DNA of 64,000 bases. It comes from an uncultured bacterium. GTDB taxonomy: Bacteria; Bacteroidota; Bacteroidia; Bacteroidales; Marinifilaceae. The stretch lies in assembly GCA_905216195.1 (NCBI GenBank), contig CAJMSX010000012.1:1706-65705 (forward strand). The letters are read 5' to 3'. Positions 1-12,237 of this stretch are shown piece by piece. Each line of letters starts with the position of its first letter. Position 1 is the stretch's first letter. The notes beneath the pieces are model-generated. The model did no database searches, was not told where the DNA came from, and saw only the letters and a list, made by a program, of their open reading frames with translations. The translations under genes were made by a program, and so were the position numbers.

Positions 1-214
1 TGTGATTTTTTCCGCGAGTGGGTGAAGATGAATGTAGACAGCCGGGAGAAATGTATGCTGCGCATCCGGAATCGGGCCGGAGAAATCCGTCAGCTAGAGC
101 TGATTCCTTTGTAAGCGATTTTTTGTCAGCCCTTGGTGCCTTTGGAAACAGGACCGGTAAGAAATTTCCCGGAAATACTCCTACCGGCAGGTGGGTTAAA
201 TAAAACAGAGAAAG

Positions 215-1186
215 ATGAATTTATTCCGTTTAATTCGGGTTCGGTGTATACAAGGGGTACGTTTGATGCGGGAGATCGGTATTTTCCGGATTATTTTTCT
301 GGGAATGCTTGCGGTTTTCCTACTGCTGGTGGCCTGGGGTGTTTTCAACGATCCGGCGTATCAGTTTGGGGGAATTGTGTGTGTAGTGGTCACCGTATTT
401 TTTATTCATACCCAACGGAAGGACCGCAAATTTATCCGCCTGTACGGTTTGTATCCGCTTTGGATGTTTTGGGGAGAGTATGTATTGCTTTTATTGCCGC
501 TGGAGATTCTTTTGCTTTTTACTTCAGCTTGGTATGCTGTCTTTTTGCTTCTTTTTTCGGTATTTCTGATTTCTGCCTGGAAGGTTTCGCCCCGGCGTAT
601 TCCGGTTTTGTCTTTCCCTTCCCGTTGGGTCCCGGCCTACAACTTTGAGTGGAAATCAGGCCTCCGGCGGTATCCCGGAATTTGGATATTTTACTTTTTC
701 GGACTTTTTCTTTCGTTTCTGCCTTTTCTTTCGTTGATTGCGATTTGGTTGGTCGGCATGATTGTCGCCGGATTTTACGAGGATTGCGAACCTGTAGAAG
801 TTTTAGTTGCCGAGGAATGCGATGCCGTTCGGTTCCTGGGAAGAAAAATAAGAAGGCAGGGGGGTACCTATTTGCTTTTTATCAGTCCTATAGTTATATT
901 GTATGCCTGGTTTAATCCGTCTACCTGGTACCTCACGACGGTTTTTCTCGTAGTGAATCTGTTCTGTTGTATATTTTTTATTGTAAATAAATATGCGGCT
1001 TATCGTCCGGGGCACAGACATTCTCTGGGAATGTTTTTTTCTGTGTTGGTTTTAATCAGTAACCTCGTTTTGCCTCTTTTTATATGGTCGGTCGTTATGA
1101 CCCTCCGCAGTTATCGGAAGGCATTACGAAAAATGAATATTTATTTTTATGATTTCGATACGCGGTCTGCAAGTTGCTTACGGTAA
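215..1186 (+). CDS. multi-pass integral membrane protein of unknown function (possible partner of downstream ABC ATPase)
   Basis: 323-aa ORF, strongly hydrophobic with many TM-like stretches. Its 3' end overlaps the start of the ABC ATPase ORF by 38 nt. Confidence 0.5.
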   Translation: MNLFRLIRVRCIQGVRLMREIGIFRIIFLGMLAVFLLLVAWGVFNDPAYQFGGIVCVVVTVFFIHTQRKDRKFIRLYGLYPLWMFWGEYVLLLLPLEILLLFTSAWYAVFLLLFSVFLISAWKVSPRRIPVLSFPSRWVPAYNFEWKSGLRRYPGIWIFYFFGLFLSFLPFLSLIAIWLVGMIVAGFYEDCEPVEVLVAEECDAVRFLGRKIRRQGGTYLLFISPIVILYAWFNPSTWYLTTVFLVVNLFCCIFFIVNKYAAYRPGHRHSLGMFFSVLVLISNLVLPLFIWSVVMTLRSYRKALRKMNIYFYDFDTRSASCLR

Positions 1187-1847
1187 GGAAACCGTTCTGA
1201 ACGATCTGAATCTGGATCTGGAAGAAGGAAAGGTGCACGGATTGGTCGGTCTGAACGGAAGCGGTAAAACCACCTTCCTCAATGTTCTATACGGTTTAAA
1301 GGAGAAACGTGCCGGAGAAGTTTTAGATAAGGGGAGGAAGGTGGGAAAACCGGATATCGCCTATGTGGAAGCAGAAAATTATTTTTTCCCTTATATCACC
1401 GGAAAAGAATACCTGGACTTGTTCCGGAACGATGCTTTTCCTGCCTCCGTCTGGCAGCAACTTTTCCGGCTTCCTCTGGATAAGCTGGTGGATTCTTATT
1501 CCACCGGTATGAAAAAGAAACTGGCGATTCTGGGAGCTTTGAAAACCAACAAAAAGATTTTTCTGCTGGATGAACCTTTTAACGGTTTAGATATGGAGAG
1601 TGCCCAGGTTCTGAAAATCGTTATCCGTAAGTTAGGAGAGAACGGACACACCCTGGTGGTCACTTCTCATCTGGTGGAAGTTTTGCAGGAAGTCTGCGAT
1701 TACGTTCATTATTTGAAGGGAGGACGCGTAGTCCGTAGTTACAGGGCGGAAGAATTCGGGCAAATGAAAACGGATTTATACGGTACTTTTGAACTTCGGG
1801 TCCGAGAACAATTGGACGATCTGGACTGGAAGGGCCTGGAAAAGTAA
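1149..1847 (+). CDS. ABC transporter ATP-binding protein
   Basis: Walker A GLNGSGKTT, signature-like YSTGMKKK, Walker B IFLLDEP, H-loop TSH. Canonical N-terminus MISIRGLQVAYG. Confidence 0.85.
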   Translation: MISIRGLQVAYGKETVLNDLNLDLEEGKVHGLVGLNGSGKTTFLNVLYGLKEKRAGEVLDKGRKVGKPDIAYVEAENYFFPYITGKEYLDLFRNDAFPASVWQQLFRLPLDKLVDSYSTGMKKKLAILGALKTNKKIFLLDEPFNGLDMESAQVLKIVIRKLGENGHTLVVTSHLVEVLQEVCDYVHYLKGGRVVRSYRAEEFGQMKTDLYGTFELRVREQLDDLDWKGLEK

Positions 1848-1938
1848 AGAGAACCAGTTTTTAAAATCTCTCGGCCGGGGAATTTGTAACTCTGCTTTGG
1901 GATAGCCGTAATGAAAAGAAAACCAATACATAACGAAG

Positions 1939-2616
1939 ATGAAAACAAACAGAAAATTTCAGTATGTCCGGGTTGCCGGCTGGTGTTTATTATTTTTGGG
2001 TATATCGGTGGTAGCGAAGGCACAGACTTCCACTGTTCCCCAGCGGATTAAAATGCCGCAGTTACCTTATGCGATGGACGCCCTTTCTCCCGTCATCAGC
2101 GAAGAAACGATGAATTACCATTACGGGAAACATCTGAAAGGATATATCGATCAGGTAAACCGGCTGATTGTAGGTACTCCTTTTGAAAACAGCGACCTGG
2201 AAACTATGGTGAGATATGCTACCGGCCCGATTTATAATAATGCCGCTCAGGCGTTGAATCATATTATTTATTTCGATACCTTTTCTCCCCGGGCCAAACA
2301 AAAGCCTTCGGGAAAGTTGCTGGAAGCCATCGAAAAAAAATGGGGTACGTTTGAAAATTTCCGGCAACAGTTCTCTGCGGATGCAGCTTCTCTTTTCGGT
2401 TCGGGGTGGGTGTGGCTGGCCAAGGACCAGGCAGGAGAACTTTTTATTTTTTCGGAGAGTAACGGAGGAAACCCTTTATCGAAAGGCTATATTCCTTTGC
2501 TGGGATTCGATGTATGGGAACATGCCTATTATCTGGATTACCGGAATCGCCGGCCGGAACACATCGGAAAATTGTGGACCATAGTAGACTGGGATAAGAT
2601 TGAAAACCGGTATTAG
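1939..2616 (+). CDS. sodB: Fe/Mn-family superoxide dismutase with N-terminal signal-peptide-like extension
   Basis: LPYAMDALSPVIS, HYGKH, and the C-terminal DVWEHAYYLDYRNRR metal-ligand motif. The first ~28 aa (MKTNRKFQYVRVAGWCLLFLGISVVAKA) look like a Sec signal. An alternative start at 2053 (MPQLPY) would give a cytoplasmic form. Confidence 0.85.
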   Translation: MKTNRKFQYVRVAGWCLLFLGISVVAKAQTSTVPQRIKMPQLPYAMDALSPVISEETMNYHYGKHLKGYIDQVNRLIVGTPFENSDLETMVRYATGPIYNNAAQALNHIIYFDTFSPRAKQKPSGKLLEAIEKKWGTFENFRQQFSADAASLFGSGWVWLAKDQAGELFIFSESNGGNPLSKGYIPLLGFDVWEHAYYLDYRNRRPEHIGKLWTIVDWDKIENRY

Positions 2617-2631
2617 AAAAAACAACCTTTG

Positions 2632-2669
2632 CGGCAGCGGATTTACGGTTAGCAACAAATCCGCTGCCG
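2632..2669 (+). terminator. intrinsic terminator-like hairpin after SOD gene
   Basis: cggcagcggattt / aaatccgctgccg, a 13-bp inverted repeat with a 12-nt loop, 16 nt after the stop codon. Confidence 0.55.
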
Positions 2670-3164
2670 GTTCATTTATTATACTATCAGCAGTCGAAAT
2701 AAAAGGGGGTTAAAAAGATTTTTGCGGTTAAAATAAATGGAAGGAAACGCAAAAATGTATTTATTTTATTTTATTTTTTATAAAGTTATCCATATATTAT
2801 TTTCAACCCTTTTTAGATTTATTTTATCTTTGCTCGACAGCTACCCTGTGAACGTTTGTAAAACGCTAAATTTTGTTTATCTTTGTTGCGTGAATTGGTG
2901 TGTACTGATTTACGGATATAGATAATAATAGAAGCGTTTCGGTTATCCTCGCCTTGAAAATCGCCAATTTTTAACATTGAAGGATAAACATCTCAAACGT
3001 TCATGCTTACCGTATATATCGGAAATATATACAGGTTAAGCGTGGGGTAGCTGTTTATTTCAATGTGGGTGTTTGGCGATACCTCGAGGTGAATAAACGA
3101 AGCAGTTCCCACGCTTTCTTTTTGGTAATCCACTTTTAGGGAACGGAGTGTTTAGCTTAACACG

Positions 3165-3686
3165 ATGAAAATCTGTTTTTGGTGTGTCTTATTCTTGTGT
3201 GGTTTTTTTATCTCCCATGCCTCCAAGCCTTTAAAGTATAAAACCGGGGTTAAAGTCCGGCTGGAAACGGCAGTCAATACGAACCGAGCGGATACGGTCA
3301 GAGCCGTGATCAGCGAAGATGTCAGAGATGAAGCGGGGAAGCACATTTTGATCGCAAAGGGTTCCGAGGTTCGTTTGGAAGTTTTTCGAACCAAATCACG
3401 GGGGCTGGGGAAGCCGGGGATGTTAAGGATATCTCCGTTTTCGGTGAAGGCGACTGACGGACAAGTTATTATGTTGGGAGGCAGGTATAATTGCCGGGGA
3501 AAAAATAGAAAAAACACTGCCGTAGGTTTGGGCGTGGGGACGGGATTGACTTGTTTGCCCGGAGTGGGTTTTTGTTTTTTGATGCTGAAAGGCGGGAAGG
3601 TAGTTGTGCCGGCAGGAACGGAGATCGATTGTTTTTATGTAGATTGTAATTATGCCATTCTGGTAGATGAAAATAATCATGAATAA
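3165..3686 (+). CDS. hypothetical exported protein
   Basis: 173-aa ORF with an N-terminal hydrophobic signal (MKICFWCVLFLCGFFISHA). No recognisable catalytic motif. Confidence 0.45.
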   Translation: MKICFWCVLFLCGFFISHASKPLKYKTGVKVRLETAVNTNRADTVRAVISEDVRDEAGKHILIAKGSEVRLEVFRTKSRGLGKPGMLRISPFSVKATDGQVIMLGGRYNCRGKNRKNTAVGLGVGTGLTCLPGVGFCFLMLKGGKVVVPAGTEIDCFYVDCNYAILVDENNHE

Positions 3687-3990
3687 AAAAATACCCGGTC
3701 TTTTATTTTCGCCCAGGTTTACCTTCTTGTATATCGTACTGACCGGTTGTTGTAGTGTGTTATTGGGAGTCGGAGAGGCGGGAAGTTCCACTCTGCCTTT
3801 TCTGTCGGGTTTAAGGTGCGTTTTGAAAATACTGACCGCCTTGCTTTGGGTGCTTGCTGTGGGAGGAATATTTTACAACATCGCCAATCGCGGGTGGAAA
3901 GAAAATTTATTTTTTATGATTTATCTGTGCGGAATGACTATTCTGTTGCTCTTATTGCTTTTGATTTTTTGGGGCGGTAAAGGGAAATAA
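3667..3990 (+). CDS. hypothetical small membrane protein
   Basis: 107-aa ORF with three hydrophobic TM-like segments. Overlaps the previous ORF by 20 nt. Confidence 0.35.
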   Translation: MKIIMNKKIPGLLFSPRFTFLYIVLTGCCSVLLGVGEAGSSTLPFLSGLRCVLKILTALLWVLAVGGIFYNIANRGWKENLFFMIYLCGMTILLLLLLLIFWGGKGK

Positions 3991-4118
3991 AGACGGTTTT
4001 CCCGTTCTATTTTTTTATATTTGCCCCGGATTTTCCTAGTCCGGGCAGGTGAAAAACCGTCGATGAGGGTTTTGCCGGGAAGGAGGATCGATAAACTTAC
4101 ATCTAAAACATCGAGATT

Positions 4119-4421
4119 ATGCTGAAACATGTCGTTATGTGGAAATTAAAAGCAGAAGCTGAGGGAAAAACCAAAGCTGAAAATGCGTGTTGGATGAAAA
4201 AGCATCTGGAAGCTTTACAGGGAGTCGTTCCCGAATTGAAGTCGGTAGAGGTTGGGGTAAACGTTAAGCCGTCCGATATGGCGTATGATGCCGTATTAAT
4301 TGCTGGTTTTGAAAACGAAGCGGCTTTGGAGGCCTATAAAATACATCCGGAGCATGTCAAAATCAGTGCTTACTGTAAGAAGATTCGGGAAAGCAGGGTG
4401 GTAGTCGATTTCTACGAATAG
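4119..4421 (+). CDS. Dabb (stress-responsive alpha/beta barrel) family protein
   Basis: 100-aa ORF with MLKHVVMWKLK...YDAVLIAGFENEAALEAYKIHPEHV, typical of the Dabb domain. Confidence 0.75.
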   Translation: MLKHVVMWKLKAEAEGKTKAENACWMKKHLEALQGVVPELKSVEVGVNVKPSDMAYDAVLIAGFENEAALEAYKIHPEHVKISAYCKKIRESRVVVDFYE

Positions 4422-4450
4422 AAGACAGGATGGTTAAGAGATAAAATGAA

Positions 4451-4474
4451 CAGACCGGCCCGAAAGCCGGTCTG
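4451..4474. terminator. bidirectional terminator hairpin between convergent genes
   Basis: cagaccggc-ccgaaa-gccggtctg, a perfect 9-bp GC-rich stem between the + gene ending at 4421 and the - gene ending at 4533. Confidence 0.6.
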
Positions 4475-4532
4475 TGTTATGATTCCCGAACGGGGAATCA
4501 GGGTCCCAAGCAAATGTTCCTTTAAAATCCGT

Positions 4533-6173
4533 TTACCTCATTTTGTTATTGGTATATTTGGTAATGAGTGTATGGCGTAACCCCACATAGGTATCCATAA
4601 TGGCATCGGCACATTCCTGCGCATAGGCATTGAGTAGTTCCGTGGCCTTTTTAGGATTTTTTTTCTGCAATTCCCGGAATTGCTTTTCGATTTCAGCATT
4701 CCGTTTAAAGAAGCCGGCTTCCAGGGGAGCGCGTACTGCTTCCAAATCTTTTTTCCCATCCTGCCAGTTCAGATAAAGCAGATTATCCACAAAATCGATG
4801 GCCCAGCGGGCGGAGTTGTCGGCATATTGTTTCGGATCATAAGTGGAGTATACCGGCGGAATCCGGGTTACTCCGGTGAATACCGGCAGGTAAGGCGAAG
4901 TATAGGCATTATCCTGGAAGACCCAGTAAATGCCTCCGATTTCGCGGGGAAGACCGGCCCGTAACTGGGCTACCATACCGTATTCGCCGTCCGCCCGGGC
5001 AACCGCCCGTCTTCTGTTCGTTTTCATCAGTTTTTGCATTTCTCCGGAGGGGAAAGGCGTCGCTAATTTACTTTTAACCATTTTCCCGTTCCGGTCGGGG
5101 TAATACCAGGCAGCGTCGTTTTCTTTATCGTAGATGGTTCCGGTGAAGGTAGAACGCTGGAAGTCCATAAAATCTTGAACGGAAACCTTTTTATCCGGTT
5201 TGAAGGAAAAAGCGTAAAGGCTGAGCGGTTCCACATACTGAATATACTGATTCAGATTGCTGTAAGGATCCGCTGTCCTTCTCCCGGGCATGGGATCGAG
5301 GGAAGGAGCAAAGGTATTTACAAACAGCCAGAAACGGTTGGTAGCCCATTCCCGGGGAATGGGTGCATACACGTCTTGCCATACAAAAGGTTTACCGCTG
5401 GCGGGAGAATACCATCCTTTCTCGATGGCAACTTGCCGGTAGTTGGAAGAAGCTTTAAACCGATCCGGTTGCGATAAATCGATTTCCTGGATGATACTCC
5501 AGTTCGGGATAATGGCCACGTGCTCGTCGGGAAGTCGTTGCGCTGCCCAGATGACGCCTGGTTTTCCGCTTTCCGGAGTCCATCCTTTCCCGACGCTGAA
5601 AAGTTCCAGGATCCATACTTTATCCGGATCGGCCAGCGTCAGGCATTCCGATTCCGGGCCGCAAGAAGGAAGAAATCCGTATTTTTCCATCAGGGAAGTA
5701 ATGAGTTCCAGCGCTTCGTCGGCATTTTTACACCGTTGAAGGGCAAAGATCATGGCTTGTTCGACGGTCATGATTTGTGCCCCTTCTCCGAGAGATACCT
5801 GTAATTCCGGACGCTGACTCATGGTACTTTCCCCGATACAGAGTTGGTATTCGTTGATGTGGGAGTAGGCGGATTGAAAGTAGGTATAGGTTTGTTCTAC
5901 CTGAGGAATATAACCGAGAATTTCCCCATTATCGTCCAAGGGCAAATCCACGCGTTGTATGCCGTAATATACCGGAGCCTGGGCTCCCCGGGGAAATTTC
6001 TGTCCCGGAACGACGCGGATCCGGCAATCGGCTCCGGCATCGGTGTGGGAATTCAGTACGCTACCGTCTACCGTAGCCTTTTTTCCTGCTACAATGACCG
6101 TGCAGGCTTTTGTGAAGGATTGAGAAAAAACAAAAGCCAGTATACTAAGAGTGAGAAGTATTCTTTTTGTCAT
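4533..6173 (-). CDS. C69-family dipeptidase (exported)
   Basis: 546 aa. A signal peptide is followed by the nucleophile context FTKACTVIVAGKKATVDGSVLNSHTDAG, typical of peptidase C69. Confidence 0.8.
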   Translation of the reverse strand: MTKRILLTLSILAFVFSQSFTKACTVIVAGKKATVDGSVLNSHTDAGADCRIRVVPGQKFPRGAQAPVYYGIQRVDLPLDDNGEILGYIPQVEQTYTYFQSAYSHINEYQLCIGESTMSQRPELQVSLGEGAQIMTVEQAMIFALQRCKNADEALELITSLMEKYGFLPSCGPESECLTLADPDKVWILELFSVGKGWTPESGKPGVIWAAQRLPDEHVAIIPNWSIIQEIDLSQPDRFKASSNYRQVAIEKGWYSPASGKPFVWQDVYAPIPREWATNRFWLFVNTFAPSLDPMPGRRTADPYSNLNQYIQYVEPLSLYAFSFKPDKKVSVQDFMDFQRSTFTGTIYDKENDAAWYYPDRNGKMVKSKLATPFPSGEMQKLMKTNRRRAVARADGEYGMVAQLRAGLPREIGGIYWVFQDNAYTSPYLPVFTGVTRIPPVYSTYDPKQYADNSARWAIDFVDNLLYLNWQDGKKDLEAVRAPLEAGFFKRNAEIEKQFRELQKKNPKKATELLNAYAQECADAIMDTYVGLRHTLITKYTNNKMR

Positions 6174-6185
6174 AGCGGATCGTGT

Positions 6186-7565
6186 TTATCGCATAGCTTC
6201 GACTTCTTCGAGGGTCGTCGGTACATATTTTCCGAGCCTGCGTTTCCCTTCGGGCGTGATCAGATAGTCTTCCTCATTGCGCAGCCCGCCGAAATCTTTG
6301 TATTTTTCCACTTTTTCATAATTGATGAAATCGGCGAAACGTTTTTCGGCTTTCCATCTGTCGATGAGTTCGGGAATGAAGTAAATACCCGGCTCGATCG
6401 TGAGTACGAATCCAGGTTCCAGTGTACGGGCCAGCCGAAGCGATTTTAAGCCGAAAAGGGTACTTTTAGGCTGTCCGTCGTAACCTACCCACACTTCTCC
6501 CAAATTTTCCATATCATGTACATCCAGTCCCATCATATGGCCGAGCCCGCAAGGGAAGAAGAGAGCATGCGCCCCCGCGTTCGCTGCTTCGGCGGCGTCC
6601 CCTTTCATCAATCCCAGCCCTTTCATGCCTTCCACAATGGCTGCTGCAGCCTGAAGGTGGATATCTTTAAAGGCGACTCCGGGACGGAGTGCGGCTACGG
6701 CGGTTTGGTGAGCGTGCAAGGCGATGTTGTAAATCTCCCGTTGCCGGTCGCTAAAGCGCTTGCCTACCGGGAAAGTCGAGGAAAGGTCGCCGGCATAATG
6801 CATGCGGTTTTCGGCTCCGGCATCCAGCAGGAACATTTCTCCTTCTTTTACTATATTGCCGTGGTAATGGTTGTGGAGGGTCTGACCGTTGACGGTAGCG
6901 ATGACCGGAAACGAAAGGTTGCCTTCATCCCGCAGGGCTATTTCCGTTACAGCTGCGGCTATTTCGGATTCTCTCATGCCCGGACGGATCATTTGCATGG
7001 CCCGGATGTGCATTTCGGCGGAGGTAGTTACTGCTTCTTCGATCTGTACGATTTCTTCTTCCGATTTGTAGTTCCGCTGATTGACCACTGCCCGGATAAA
7101 ATCGACGGAAGCCTGTTCCTGTTGCTGAGCGGGAGCGATTCCAAGCCAGGCCTGTAGTTTCAGGCGATGCTCTCCCCGATACGGCGGTAAATAATGAATC
7201 CGGCGTCCCTGAGACTGAGCTTTTTTCAAATACGCTGCCAGTTGAGCGGTCGGTTCCGTATGTTCGATGCCCACCAGGGTACTTTTTTCGCGGATGGTAG
7301 GCTGAGTACCCATCCATACGATATCGTCTAGGGTCAGTTCGTTCCCGAAAATGATTTCACGATTTTCGTCTATATCGATTATAGCGGATAATCCGGCATA
7401 ATCGGAACCGAAAAAATACAAAAAGGTAGAATCCTGCCGAAAGGTATACGTATTATCGGCGTAGTTCATTCCACTTTCATCGTTTCCCAGAAAAAGAAGG
7501 ATGCCCTGGCCCACCTCTTTTTTCAGGCGAGTACGTCTGTTGATATAGGTTTCTTTTGAAAACAT
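6186..7565 (-). CDS. pepP: Xaa-Pro aminopeptidase (M24B)
   Basis: 459 aa. N-terminal AMP_N-like region and M24 metal-ligand contexts LLDAGAE, YAGDLSSTFP, HGLGHMMGLDVHD, LTIEPGIYF. Confidence 0.8.
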   Translation of the reverse strand: MFSKETYINRRTRLKKEVGQGILLFLGNDESGMNYADNTYTFRQDSTFLYFFGSDYAGLSAIIDIDENREIIFGNELTLDDIVWMGTQPTIREKSTLVGIEHTEPTAQLAAYLKKAQSQGRRIHYLPPYRGEHRLKLQAWLGIAPAQQQEQASVDFIRAVVNQRNYKSEEEIVQIEEAVTTSAEMHIRAMQMIRPGMRESEIAAAVTEIALRDEGNLSFPVIATVNGQTLHNHYHGNIVKEGEMFLLDAGAENRMHYAGDLSSTFPVGKRFSDRQREIYNIALHAHQTAVAALRPGVAFKDIHLQAAAAIVEGMKGLGLMKGDAAEAANAGAHALFFPCGLGHMMGLDVHDMENLGEVWVGYDGQPKSTLFGLKSLRLARTLEPGFVLTIEPGIYFIPELIDRWKAEKRFADFINYEKVEKYKDFGGLRNEEDYLITPEGKRRLGKYVPTTLEEVEAMR

Positions 7566-7934
7566 AATAAAGTATTAAGATTGTATTATACAGGTTAATG
7601 ATATCTCGGGATAATCGAAAAGGAGAGCCGGCACTAACAAATCCAGCATTCGTATAGTCCCATGTAAGCGGAATTATATTTCAATATAAAACGATTGAAC
7701 AGTACCATTTGTCATTTTAAAGTTTTCAAAGGTATAAATTATTCGGATAATAAATAAAAACAGATCAAGTTTTTATTTCAACTTTTAACGCATTCCGCTT
7801 TTTCGGAATGGAAAACTTTTTCCTGACCTTTTTTAATTGTAATTTTGCAAATCCTTTAGAGAGGGGAAGGGAGAAATCGGCAGAGGGTGGGAGAAGGCGG
7901 ATCAAAAATGGAGGAAATATAGTGATCTGGAGGT

Positions 7935-9605
7935 ATGGAATGGATAGATAGTTTGTTATTCGGCACCGGTATCGGGCATTCAATTTTATTGTTAGCGGTA
8001 GTTATTTTTTGCGGTATTATTCTGGGGAAAATTAAAATAGCCGGTATTTCACTGGGAATTACGTGGATTTTATTTGTGGGAATCGTTCTCAGTCATTTCG
8101 GTATGAGAATGGATCCTCATGCTCTGCATTTCCTGAAAGAGTTCGGACTTATTTTGTTTGTGTATTCCATCGGTTTACAAGTAGGCCCCGGTTTTTTTTC
8201 TTCTTTTAAGAAAGGGGGCGTAAAGCTGAATATGCTGGCGATGGCTATTGTGCTGCTGGGAGTGGGGATAACGGGTATCATTCATGTGAGCACCGGGATT
8301 CCGATGACTACGATGGTGGGCATTCTTTCCGGTGCAGTGACGAATACCCCCGGTTTGGGAGCGGCCCAGCAGGCCTATTTCGATCTGGCCGGAGTGGAAT
8401 TGCCTGCCATAGCCTTGGGGTATGCCGTAGCTTATCCGCTGGGAGTGGTCGGTATCATTCTGGCAATGATCAGTATCCGGTATATGTTCCGGGTGAATTT
8501 TGAAAAAGAAACCCTGACCGCCCGGAATGTGGCCGAAGAAAAAGCGGCTAAGGCCACTCATGTTTCGATAGCGGTGAGAAATCCGGCTTTGTTCGGAAAG
8601 GAGATTTCCGAGGTCGCTTCCCTCATCGATAAAAAGTTTGTGATTTCCCGCATCCTGCATGCGGGAGAAATTCCGGAAGTAGCCAAACCGAGGACACACC
8701 TGGAAAAGGACGATAAATTGTTCGTGATCGCTTCTTCTCAAGACTTGAATACCATTATCGCTTTTATCGGGGAAAGGATCGATATGCACCGGTCGGAATG
8801 GGAAAATATGGATACCCATCTGGTTTCCCGGCGTATTTTGATAACCCGTTCGGAGATCAACGGGAAGACCTTGGGACAATTGCATTTAAGAAGAGGGTTC
8901 GGCGTGAATATAACCCGGGTGAATCGTGCCGGAGTCGATTTGGTGGCTCACACGGGTTTACAGCTCCAAATGGGAGACCGGGTAACGGTGGTCGGCGCCG
9001 AGGCGGATGTAGTCAATGTGGAAAAAGTATTGGGTAATTCGCTTCGCCGTCTGAGAGAACCCAATCTGGTGCCTATATTTTTAGGCATTGCTTTGGGAAT
9101 ACTGTTGGGCAGTATTCCTTTCACCTTCCCGGGAATTCCTCAGCCTGTCAAATTGGGATTAGCGGGAGGTCCTCTCATCGTCGCTATACTGATCAGTCGT
9201 TTCGGTCCTCATTATAAATTGGTAACTTATACGACCATGAGCGCCAATCTCATGCTGAGGGAAATCGGTATTTCCTTATTTTTAGCCTGTGTCGGACTGA
9301 ACGCCTGTGAAGGATTTGTCTCTACGCTCGTGGATGGAGGAGGCTGGGCGTGGATCGGATACGGTTTTTTGATTACTTTTATTCCTTTGCTGCTCGTAGG
9401 GATCATCGCCCGGGGAGTGTATAAACTTAATTATTTTACCCTGATGGGTCTGATTGCCGGTAGTACTACCGATCCCCCCGCTCTGGCTTATTCAAACGGT
9501 ATTTCCGGTAATGACATGCCTTCGGTCAGTTATGCCACGGTTTATCCGCTCACTATGTTTTTGAGGGTATTGACCGCTCAGGCTTTAATTTTGACGATGG
9601 CGTAA
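7935..9605 (+). CDS. YidE/YbjL-family putative transporter (duplicated Asp-Al_Ex membrane domains flanking two TrkA-C/RCK_C domains)
   Basis: 556 aa. Hydrophobic N- and C-terminal halves with [13 protein letters not shown] / [11 protein letters not shown] repeats, and a central soluble region of about 170 aa. Confidence 0.75.
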   Translation: MEWIDSLLFGTGIGHSILLLAVVIFCGIILGKIKIAGISLGITWILFVGIVLSHFGMRMDPHALHFLKEFGLILFVYSIGLQVGPGFFSSFKKGGVKLNMLAMAIVLLGVGITGIIHVSTGIPMTTMVGILSGAVTNTPGLGAAQQAYFDLAGVELPAIALGYAVAYPLGVVGIILAMISIRYMFRVNFEKETLTARNVAEEKAAKATHVSIAVRNPALFGKEISEVASLIDKKFVISRILHAGEIPEVAKPRTHLEKDDKLFVIASSQDLNTIIAFIGERIDMHRSEWENMDTHLVSRRILITRSEINGKTLGQLHLRRGFGVNITRVNRAGVDLVAHTGLQLQMGDRVTVVGAEADVVNVEKVLGNSLRRLREPNLVPIFLGIALGILLGSIPFTFPGIPQPVKLGLAGGPLIVAILISRFGPHYKLVTYTTMSANLMLREIGISLFLACVGLNACEGFVSTLVDGGGWAWIGYGFLITFIPLLLVGIIARGVYKLNYFTLMGLIAGSTTDPPALAYSNGISGNDMPSVSYATVYPLTMFLRVLTAQALILTMA

Positions 9606-9776
9606 CCGGATTTCCGGAACGAACGCTTTTCGGTGCAGTGGCAGTAATTCCGGGTCCGCCGGAAAAACGAAATATACCCTCCGTTTTTACAGAGATATAC
9701 CTGAATTTAAAAAAGCGGTATAGGGGAATAATCTTCCGGTTAAATGTTTACCTTTGTTTCCGGATAAAATCGACTT

Positions 9777-10154
9777 ATGAAAGTATTGCTCCCATGTATC
9801 CTGTTCATTTTATTTTTGCTGATCTTCGGCAGAGATGTGAATGACGGAGTTCCGGATATCGGTCCCCACTATGCGGAATCCGGGTCTACATTGTCGCAGA
9901 GCGTTTTTTCCTGTCCTTTGAGGGAGGCCTATGCCTGTATGCAACACTCCTTTATCAACGGGGGTGAAACGGAATTCTCTGCGGAGGGACAAGAAAAGGC
10001 TTTTTCGCTTGGAGGGGACGCGGCGGAAATGCATAAAAATTCCCGGGTCGCTACCCTTTCTTTTCTTTCTACCGGGGAAAAATTCACCGTTTTTCTTTCA
10101 GAGCGGTATTTACACGGGTTTTATATCTATTTCCTTCGAAAAATACGGATCTGA
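9777..10154 (+). CDS. hypothetical exported protein
   Basis: 125-aa ORF with an N-terminal signal-like segment MKVLLPCILFILFLLIFG. No other support. Confidence 0.3.
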   Translation: MKVLLPCILFILFLLIFGRDVNDGVPDIGPHYAESGSTLSQSVFSCPLREAYACMQHSFINGGETEFSAEGQEKAFSLGGDAAEMHKNSRVATLSFLSTGEKFTVFLSERYLHGFYIYFLRKIRI

Positions 10155-10394
10155 TTCTACTTTTCACTTTTCCCAGGGAAAATATACGCTATATCCAAGA
10201 AAATAGCGAACTTATTTTTGAATATTGAAAAATTTATTTTAATTTGTAGGATTACTTTATGTTACAATTATATAAATTATCTTATGTAATTGGGAAAAAT
10301 GAATAAATGGTATAATTTTTGAATTTAAATGAATCAGCAACTTTTCCGGAAAGTTTCCGTTTTAAAGTTGGTGTATGATATTGTTGACGAATAA

Positions 10395-11909
<1,515 letters not shown>

Positions 11910-11927
11910 CACAAAGGACGCAAGTAT

Positions 11928-12161
11928 ATGATAGTAAGGGTTATATCGACTGAAAAAGTGCTTTTTGACGGTTCTGCGGAGCGGGTGACCTTGCCGGGAG
12001 CCTGCGGTCCCTTTACCGTATTGAACGGTCATGCGCCTTTGATATCCACCCTGGTTCCCGGAGAGATTGTGTATACGGTCGCAGGGAAGGAAAGTCGCCT
12101 TCAGGTAAAGGGAGGGATCGTAGAAGTCAGGGATAACCGGGTGACGGTATGTATCGGCTGA
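11928..12161 (+). CDS. atpC: F1 ATP synthase subunit epsilon (short form, beta-sandwich domain only)
   Basis: 77-aa ORF immediately after atpD. VISTEKVLFDG...LPGACGPFTVLNGHAPLIS is typical of the epsilon N-terminal domain. Confidence 0.85.
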   Translation: MIVRVISTEKVLFDGSAERVTLPGACGPFTVLNGHAPLISTLVPGEIVYTVAGKESRLQVKGGIVEVRDNRVTVCIG

Positions 12162-12237
12162 AAAGCCATCGGCAGGCGGATCGTAATTCCGCCCGGGAAC
12201 AAGGTATTTTAATTCTTTAAGGGTAAAAGAACGGTAT

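Noticed and set aside
133-648. 171-aa ORF overlapping the 215..1186 membrane protein in another frame, and the 18..203 ORF.
   Set aside because: The 215 frame gives a coherent polytopic membrane protein continuous to the ABC ATPase. The alternatives are Gly/Cys/Phe-rich with no features.
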